Assembly: GCA_963931685.1 (NCBI GenBank)
Contig: OZ007038.1
Span: forward strand, 1,194,940-1,258,939
Direction: 5' to 3'
Source of the DNA: an uncultured Bacilli bacterium
Lineage (GTDB): Bacteria > Bacillota_I > Bacilli_A > RF39 > UBA660
Length of the DNA stretch: 64,000 nucleotides
The notes under the pieces are model-generated. The model was given only the letters and a program-made list of their open reading frames with translations. It was not told the origin of the DNA and made no database searches. Below are positions 57,251 to 64,000 of the stretch, piece after piece. Made by a program: the position numbers and the translations under genes. Every line of letters begins with the position of its first letter. Position 1 is the first letter of the stretch.

Positions 57251-58561
57251 TTACATTTTTATTTTTAATGTCTGAGTAAAATTGTCGCGGTTTATACTTT
57301 TTTCATTTTCTAATTTATTTGGCTCTTCAGCTATGAGTTTAGACACTAAAGTTAATCCATAACCGTGTCCATCGCCTTTAGTAGTATACTTTATATTATT
57401 TATTTTATTTAAATCTAAATTACCTTCAAAATTATTTGTTATATCAACACATAACTCTTTATCCATTATATATATTTCTATAGATATCTCTTTTTTCTTT
57501 AAATTAGTTACTGCTTCAATTGCATTATCTAAGAATACACCAAGTATCTTACAAATCTTTAATACTAAATCTTCATCTAAATTGATTAGATCTGTTGTTC
57601 TTACTTCTCTAGAAATGTTTAATTTATATTTTATTTTTAATTTATCCATTAAACATAGTTTAGAATAAATAGTAGCTCTTAAACCACCTTCTGGTATTTT
57701 AGATGTTTTTTTCATAATTTTATCATTGTCTTTTATTTTATTGTCAACTAGTTTATCTATATACTTAATTACTGTTTCTTTACTATTTTTATCTTTTAAC
57801 ATGTTCCTAATAGTCAAAAATTCATTTTTGTTTTCATGTGTATCTATTCTAAACTTATCAATCATAACTTCATATTCTTTTAGACTAGAAATACTTGTTT
57901 CATATTTACTATTGATTTTTTCAAAGCTGTTTTTTAAATTTTTTGACATAATTATAATTCCAATAAAAATTGTTGCCATTAAAGTATTGGTGATTATTAC
58001 AACAGTAAAAGAAAGATGCATATATGTTTCCATAGTAGCAGCAATCATTATAATCACCATTATGATTGCATATATTATAGAATCTGTATCTTTATTAGTT
58101 TTTCTTTGTGGCATTAATAATTTATATAATCGTTTAGTAAAACCAATTTTATGAAGCAAAAATGACAGTAATGTAATAAATATATTTAAACCTATAAAAA
58201 TTAAACCTTGTTCAGTTAACTTTTGTATATCACCTTTATATAGCAATGATGAAATAATGGCAAACGCAAATTCTGATATCCATATTGTAATTTGTGAAAT
58301 TATTACAAGAATTATAGATTCTTTTAAGTTCTTACTAATTAAAAAATAATTAATAGATATGAGTAAAATAAAAACTATTAATAATCTAATTGGTTGATCA
58401 AAAATATAACTAGATAAATTAAGAGATAAAGATGTTAAAATGATTGTTAACATTGTTTGTTTATTAATTTTTGTATCTTTATCAAATAAGTTTGACCAAC
58501 AATAAAAATGGTAACTAGCCAAAATAAAATCACCCAATAGTAGCATTAATATATTTTCCAA
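57251..58561 (-). CDS. agrC: AgrC-like (HPK10) sensor histidine kinase
   Basis: ~6 TM N-terminal sensor, H-box RIDTHENKNEF, N-box FLDNAIEA, G-box GDGHGYGL. Confidence 0.8.
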   Translation of the reverse strand: MENILMLLLGDFILASYHFYCWSNLFDKDTKINKQTMLTIILTSLSLNLSSYIFDQPIRLLIVFILLISINYFLISKNLKESIILVIISQITIWISEFAFAIISSLLYKGDIQKLTEQGLIFIGLNIFITLLSFLLHKIGFTKRLYKLLMPQRKTNKDTDSIIYAIIMVIIMIAATMETYMHLSFTVVIITNTLMATIFIGIIIMSKNLKNSFEKINSKYETSISSLKEYEVMIDKFRIDTHENKNEFLTIRNMLKDKNSKETVIKYIDKLVDNKIKDNDKIMKKTSKIPEGGLRATIYSKLCLMDKLKIKYKLNISREVRTTDLINLDEDLVLKICKILGVFLDNAIEAVTNLKKKEISIEIYIMDKELCVDITNNFEGNLDLNKINNIKYTTKGDGHGYGLTLVSKLIAEEPNKLENEKSINRDNFTQTLKIKM

Positions 58562-58562
58562 A

Positions 58563-59264
58563 TTATATCAACTCCTTATTGAATCTTGTTGATATTAAAT
58601 CAGAAGTCATACCATTGTCAAATACTACTTCTTTTTGCGATTTGCTAAAACTTAAGATACGTTTAGAGTTCATAAGACAGGCTCTGTGGGTTTTTATAAA
58701 ATTATCATTAACTATTTCTTCTAATTCATTTAGTGTTTTTCCAACTTTAAATTCACTATAATCAGTTATGATTATACATTTTCTTTCGACACTATCTCTA
58801 GTTATATATAAAATATCATCTTGTGGAATAGTGTAAATAACACCATTATCTTTAAATCTGATAATACTTTTTACTTTGAGCAGTTGTAATGCTTTATCTA
58901 ATGAATTTTTTAGTCTTTGTTCACAGTTATCAAATTTATTAATATAAGATAAAAATAGAAAATCATTTTTCATAACAACATGTCCAAGTTCTTGATGTCC
59001 TGTTAAAAATATCAAGACACTATCAACGTCTTTATTTCTTATAAGTCTAGCAATGTCAATTCCAGATTTTGTTGGTGTTTCTATATCTAAAATATATATT
59101 TTAAACGATAATTTGGATTCTACTATTTTTACAAATTCATTATCATAATCTTCAAAAACATGAGTTTTATATTCTATTTTATTTTTCATCATAAATGAAT
59201 CTACTATATGTTCAACCATATCTCGGTACTGCTTTACATCATCACAAATAATAAAATTTATCAT
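58563..59264 (-). CDS. agrA: AgrA-like LytTR-family response regulator
   Basis: MINFIICDD..LDIETPTKSGIDIARLIR receiver + LytTR domain; ATG 59264 after GGAAAGG. Confidence 0.85.
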   Translation of the reverse strand: MINFIICDDVKQYRDMVEHIVDSFMMKNKIEYKTHVFEDYDNEFVKIVESKLSFKIYILDIETPTKSGIDIARLIRNKDVDSVLIFLTGHQELGHVVMKNDFLFLSYINKFDNCEQRLKNSLDKALQLLKVKSIIRFKDNGVIYTIPQDDILYITRDSVERKCIIITDYSEFKVGKTLNELEEIVNDNFIKTHRACLMNSKRILSFSKSQKEVVFDNGMTSDLISTRFNKELI

Positions 59265-59393
59265 AATTATTACCTTTCCCTCTCCAATTAAGCCTTTAAT
59301 ATGATATCCTATGTAAATATACCACAATTTGACAAATATTACAATGAAAAAAGGTAATTTTTTTAAATATTACCTTTTGATATTATAAATAAA

Positions 59394-59969
59394 CTATTTT
59401 GAATTTCTTTTGGACTTTATTTCTTCCCATAGTTCAAGTCCTTTATCTTTTAAACCATCTAAGGCATCTAATCCTTTTGCCGCACTATCTGTAAACCAAT
59501 CTTTAAATCTTTCTTTATAATCTGGTATTAAATAGTTTACAGTATCATCTAATGATGATAAGGCATTCATGGCACTTTCTTTACCTTTATCACTTAGTTC
59601 ACTAAATGTTGTTCCATTTATTTCACTACCATTAAAAATGAAGTCAGTAAGTTCTTTTAAATTTTGCATTGATAGATCTAACTGTTCTTGTACTTGTTCA
59701 CTATTGGCAGCATTAGAAGCAGAATCTTTTAATTTTTCTCCTTCCTCTAACATGACTTCAATGGCTGTAGCTGCTGCTGAATCTCCTTCTTCCCAGTGGG
59801 TTTGTAATTCATCTTTTAAGGTTGTCTCTGTTTGTGTACTTTCAGTAGATTCAGTATTTTTAATTTTATTTTCTGCAGTGTTACCACAACTTGATAAAGT
59901 TAATGCGAGTGAAACTCCACATATAGCTGTTAATATTTTATTAGGATATAATTTAAATTTATTTTCCAT
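59394..59969 (-). CDS. lipoprotein
   Basis: Lipobox LTLSSC after a hydrophobic leader; acidic helical mature part. Confidence 0.6.
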   Translation of the reverse strand: MENKFKLYPNKILTAICGVSLALTLSSCGNTAENKIKNTESTESTQTETTLKDELQTHWEEGDSAAATAIEVMLEEGEKLKDSASNAANSEQVQEQLDLSMQNLKELTDFIFNGSEINGTTFSELSDKGKESAMNALSSLDDTVNYLIPDYKERFKDWFTDSAAKGLDALDGLKDKGLELWEEIKSKRNSK

Positions 59970-60021
59970 ATTTATCCCTTCTTTCGCTTTATATTATAAC
60001 AAATACATAGAAAAATGCAAA

Positions 60022-62610
60022 TTATACTCCACCTATTTCTCCATGCTTTCTTAAATAAATTTTTCTAAGCCAATCAACTGGTACTACGGTTATGGAAAGT
60101 AATAACATTATTTCAAATTCAAATGGTGAAAGTCCATAGGCTCTAAATAAATCTCCACCATAATATATAAGGGATATTTGAACTATTAAAATAAATAAAA
60201 TTATAAATAGAAAGACTTTGTTTTTTGATAAATGGGCAAATAGATTTAATCTATGAGTTCTAGCATTAAAACAGTTGAATATTCCCATAAAAATAAATAG
60301 GCCGAAAAAGGCTGTCATTAAATATCTATCATCTGCACTATCTCTAAATATATTATGAATAAATGGAGTCTTTAAAAAAAATACACACATTAAAGCTGAA
60401 TACGCTCCTGTAAAAATAATTTCGTCTTTCATATAACGGTTAATAATATTTTCGTTTTTTCTTTTAGGTTTTTCATTCATATATTCTTTAAGTGGAGGTT
60501 CATACGAAAAGGCTATTCCAGCTAATGTATCCATAACCATATTTATCCATAGCATTTGAATTACAGTTACAGGAACATCTACTCCTATAAATGGTCCAAT
60601 AATAGAAATACTGACAGCGCATATATTCATTGTTAGTTGGAATATAATAAATTTTCTAATACTTTTAAATATAGTTCTACCATATAAAACAGCGTTAGAA
60701 ATTGATAGTAAATTGTCATCTAGTATTACAATATCACTAGCTTCTTTAGCTACTTCTGTTCCGGAGCCCATGGCAAAACCAACATCGGCTTTTTTTAAGG
60801 CAGGGGCATCATTTACTCCATCTCCTGTCATTCCTACGACTAATCCTGATTCTCTTGCTAGTGTAACTAAACGGCTTTTATCTTGGGGTAAAGAGCGAGC
60901 TAATACTTTTAGGTTTGGTAATATTTTTTTTATTTCATTATCACTTTTTTTATTAAATTCTTCGCTTGTTAAAATTAAATCGGTAGGTTTATTTATTAGC
61001 CCAACTTCTTTACCAATGGCTTTAGCTGTATCAATATTATCACCAGTAATCATAACAGTATTTATATGAGCTTTTTGAATTAGTTTTAATCCTTCAACAG
61101 CTTCTGGTCTTACTTCATCTTTAATATATACTAATCCAATGAGGGTTAATCTTTCAATGTTTCTTTTTGACGGAGATGTAGCGAATGCTAATACTCTAAT
61201 TCCTTGATTAGTAGCTTTGTTTATTTGATTGTATATTTTTATTTTGCTTGTTAATAATTTTTTGTGTGTTTTGTCATAGTAATGTGTACAATTTTTTATT
61301 AATAGCTCGGGTGCGCCTTTAATTAAGTTTATTCTTTGATTATTGTATTCTATTTCTGTCAATGAATATTTATTTTTGCTTGAAAAAGGAATTTTATCTA
61401 TAACTTTATAATTTATGGATTCATTTCCAAAAAATTTTAAAAGTGCTCTATCGGTAATGTTCCCACCAACCGGCTTATTTTCTTCACTGTAGGTACTTTC
61501 ATTATTGGCAATTAGTGATAATTTTACTCTAGTATAATAAGATGAATATTGACTCAGTTCTTTTTTACTTTTAAAGATGTTTCCATTCGCATCTGTAATA
61601 GCTATAACATCCAATTTCCCTTTGGTAATTGTTCCTGTTTTATCAGTAAATAACATATTAATATTACCTGCTGTTTCAATTCCCATAAGTTTTCTTACTA
61701 AAACATTATTTTTTAACATTCTTTTCATATTGGATGATAATACTAAAGTTACCATTAAAGGCAATCCTTCTGGAACAGCAACTACGATAATTGTTACTGA
61801 TAATGTTAAGGCGTGAAGAATATGACCAAACATTAATGGAAAATTGGTTACTGTATTAATAATGGCTTCACCATTAAAGTTATTTTCTAGTATAGTTACT
61901 GAAAATAAATATGATAAGCTTACAAGCAGGGCACCAATATATCCTATTTTACTAATTAGTTCTGCTAATTTAACTAGCCTTAGTTTTAATGGACTTGTTG
62001 GTGATTTTTCACTAACTTCTTTAGCTAATTTGCCATAAAATGTTTGGTTGCCTACTTTTTTTACCTCCATAGTGGCTAAACCGGAATATACGACAGATGA
62101 TCTATATATTTCATCCGATTTTCTTTTTTCTTTTTCTTTCATTTCTCCGTTTAGGCTTGATTCATTAACTAATATTTTTCCTTCTAAAATTTTTCCATCA
62201 GCTGGTACAGCATCTCCAGTTTCTAAACAAACTATATCACCAACTACGACTTCACCTATTTCTATTTCTTTTATTTTGTTATCTCGTTTAACTTTTGTTT
62301 TTATTTTTGATGCATCGGCTTGTAATTGTTCGAAGGCTTTTTCACTTCCATATTCTGAAACTGTCGAAATAAATGAAGCCAAGAATATAGCAATTACTAT
62401 ACCAATTGTTTCATACCAATCAAAGTTTTGAAATAAAAATAGTGTTTTGACTGCTAAAGCAATAAGTAAAATTCTAATTATTGGGTCACCTAATGTACCT
62501 AATAACTTATGAATAAAACTTTCTTTTTTAATTGCTTTTATTTCGTTGTTACCATGTACTTTACGACTTTTAATTACTTCTTCGTTGGTTAACCCTTTAT
62601 TCATAAGCAC
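60022..62610 (-). CDS. calcium-translocating P-type ATPase (P2 type)
   Basis: DKTGTIT phosphorylation site, TGDN, GDGVNDAPAL, PEGLP in TM4; 862 aa. Confidence 0.9.
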   Translation of the reverse strand: MLMNKGLTNEEVIKSRKVHGNNEIKAIKKESFIHKLLGTLGDPIIRILLIALAVKTLFLFQNFDWYETIGIVIAIFLASFISTVSEYGSEKAFEQLQADASKIKTKVKRDNKIKEIEIGEVVVGDIVCLETGDAVPADGKILEGKILVNESSLNGEMKEKEKRKSDEIYRSSVVYSGLATMEVKKVGNQTFYGKLAKEVSEKSPTSPLKLRLVKLAELISKIGYIGALLVSLSYLFSVTILENNFNGEAIINTVTNFPLMFGHILHALTLSVTIIVVAVPEGLPLMVTLVLSSNMKRMLKNNVLVRKLMGIETAGNINMLFTDKTGTITKGKLDVIAITDANGNIFKSKKELSQYSSYYTRVKLSLIANNESTYSEENKPVGGNITDRALLKFFGNESINYKVIDKIPFSSKNKYSLTEIEYNNQRINLIKGAPELLIKNCTHYYDKTHKKLLTSKIKIYNQINKATNQGIRVLAFATSPSKRNIERLTLIGLVYIKDEVRPEAVEGLKLIQKAHINTVMITGDNIDTAKAIGKEVGLINKPTDLILTSEEFNKKSDNEIKKILPNLKVLARSLPQDKSRLVTLARESGLVVGMTGDGVNDAPALKKADVGFAMGSGTEVAKEASDIVILDDNLLSISNAVLYGRTIFKSIRKFIIFQLTMNICAVSISIIGPFIGVDVPVTVIQMLWINMVMDTLAGIAFSYEPPLKEYMNEKPKRKNENIINRYMKDEIIFTGAYSALMCVFFLKTPFIHNIFRDSADDRYLMTAFFGLFIFMGIFNCFNARTHRLNLFAHLSKNKVFLFIILFILIVQISLIYYGGDLFRAYGLSPFEFEIMLLLSITVVPVDWLRKIYLRKHGEIGGV

Positions 62611-62676
62611 CTCCTATCAAAACATATTATGAGAGATACTTATTTATACTTTTTTGCAGTCGACAAAAAAATCTAC

Positions 62677-63015
62677 CTATTTGGTAGATTTTAGTAAGCC
62701 TTCTGATTTTAATAAATTATATATACAAGAATAGCTACGACTATTATAAAACTTACAAAATTTTCTAATACTAACATTACTTTTTTTATAAAGTTTTATA
62801 ATTTTTTGCCTTTCTTCTTCACTCATAATATTTGCTGGTATTCTGTTTTTATTTCCGTGAACAAAACTAACCGTGCCATTAATAACTTCTTTTTTCAACT
62901 TTAAAATATATTTAGGATGATAACCTGTAATATCGGCTATTTCTTTATATGTTAAAAATGTCTTTTTATTCATTTTATCATGTATTAATTTTACTGCTTC
63001 TTCTTTTTTTGTCAT
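62677..63015 (-). pseudogene. HTH-only remnant of an ISNCY/IS481-like transposase
   Basis: AVKLIHDKMNKK..TYKEIADITGY..HGNKNRIP parallels the N-terminus of the 7995-9281 transposase; no DDE core follows. Confidence 0.45.
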
Positions 63016-63193
63016 ATTTACACCTCTTGTTATAACAATGGTAATATTTTCCATAAATAATACCATGTACATTTAATTTACAATAATTAACTTTTTTAAG
63101 TTGATATTATTATATCATATAATAGTCAGTTTAAAACATAATTTGTCTTAATCTTTAAATAAAATAAGGTTTTTTATTTAATCATTTATATCT

Positions 63194-64000
63194 TTAATTC
63201 ATTTCAATAATTTTTATATATTTTGATGAATCGTTTAATAATTCGTTAATAAATATTGAAGGATTATTTTTATTAACTAATAAAATTACTTGGTTTTTTG
63301 TTCTAGTGAGCGCTACATAAAAAAGTCTTCTTTCTTCAGCGTACGGGTATTTATCTAATTTAGGAATTACATATTTTAAGTACTCGCTTTCTTGATTTTT
63401 ATTTGGCAGGCCTGTTATAGTGTTTTGCAAATTTATTATGATTACTTTATCCGCTTCTAAACCTTTTGATTTGTGAATAGTCATATATTTCATATGTTTA
63501 TTTAAATAAGGTATTTGGTTAATATCTTTATTGTTACGTCCTAAAACTAAGGTTTCTTCTTTTGTTTCATTAATTATTTTGTTCCATATCTCCTTTATAT
63601 TGTTTTTATAATAGTATACATAAATTGGAAAATTTGTTTTATTTGATTGAATTTTTTTGTCTATTTGATATGGATTTTTTGTGATAAATTTTCTTGTTAC
63701 TTTTAATAATTCTTTACTGTTACGATATGTTTTGTTTAATTTTATTATTTTGGTATTGGGAAAATACTTTTTAAAGTTAGTAAATATTTCTAAATTGCTT
63801 CCTGTAAATCTATATATAGACTGCCAATCATCACCAACAGCTATAAGGTGAGCATTTGTTTTTTTTTGAATGGCTTTGATTAGTTCACATTTGTTTAATG
63901 AAGTGTCTTGATATTCATCAATAATAATATATTTATATGGATATATTCCTTCATTATTTACTATTTTAGTAGCTTCATTTATCATATCATGAAAATCTAT
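63194..64000 (-). CDS. UvrD/Rep/helicase IV-like superfamily-1 helicase (C-terminal part; gene continues beyond the window)
   Basis: IIIDEYQDTS (motif II), VGDDWQSIY, TIHKSKGLE, LFYVALTRTKN; frame is open to the window edge. Confidence 0.8.
   Translation of the reverse strand: MDFHDMINEATKIVNNEGIYPYKYIIIDEYQDTSLNKCELIKAIQKKTNAHLIAVGDDWQSIYRFTGSNLEIFTNFKKYFPNTKIIKLNKTYRNSKELLKVTRKFITKNPYQIDKKIQSNKTNFPIYVYYYKNNIKEIWNKIINETKEETLVLGRNNKDINQIPYLNKHMKYMTIHKSKGLEADKVIIINLQNTITGLPNKNQESEYLKYVIPKLDKYPYAEERRLFYVALTRTKNQVILLVNKNNPSIFINELLNDSSKYIKIIEMN

Overview
AT-rich, standard-genetic-code chromosome segment of a spore-forming Firmicute type. All calls come from reading motifs by eye; no searches were run. 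Backbone genes: der, engB, a spoVIF-like gene, nnr, a DUF368 translocase-type membrane protein, S1/NifU/YutH/CotZ-like genes, trpS, a patatin-like lipase, secA, hpf, csp, a Ca-type P-ATPase and an agr-type quorum-sensing locus (agrB-agrD convergent with a LytTR regulator + kinase operon). There are 14 intact tRNA genes. Three accessory segments interrupt the backbone. (1) 16975-27696 is a 10.7-kb integrative mobilizable element in the 3' end of tRNA-Pro, with 23-bp att repeats, Int/Xis, a MobV relaxase, a Rep-like gene and XRE regulators. Its cargo is an RlmA-like methyltransferase translationally coupled to a radical-SAM/SPASM enzyme, plus a 61-aa six-Cys peptide gene; an IS66-like insertion with a clean 8-bp TSD now separates the peptide gene from the enzyme. 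(2) 28048-38764 is a 10.7-kb island with no integrase. It splits tRNA-Phe in the anticodon stem-loop (17-bp repeats), carries its own intact tRNA-Phe and contains three IS (IS66-like, IS6-like, IS200). It holds the most unusual content of the window: a tandem array of five diverging paralogs (conserved N-domain + PUA/EVE-like barrel). Behind a second copy of the same 127-bp upstream module sits an operon of two degenerate RecA/KaiC-like paralogs and a coiled-coil protein. Clusters of a TTGTCCAYA motif mark the island arms. (3) About 47.1-52.4 kb is a decayed island with a solo TnpB, an HTH-Fic protein, a broken integrase and an AbiEi/AbiEii pair whose toxin gene is inactivated. Two protein-identical IS66-like copies (6181-7850 and 22732-24401) indicate recent transposition. 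No CRISPR array or rRNA gene was seen.
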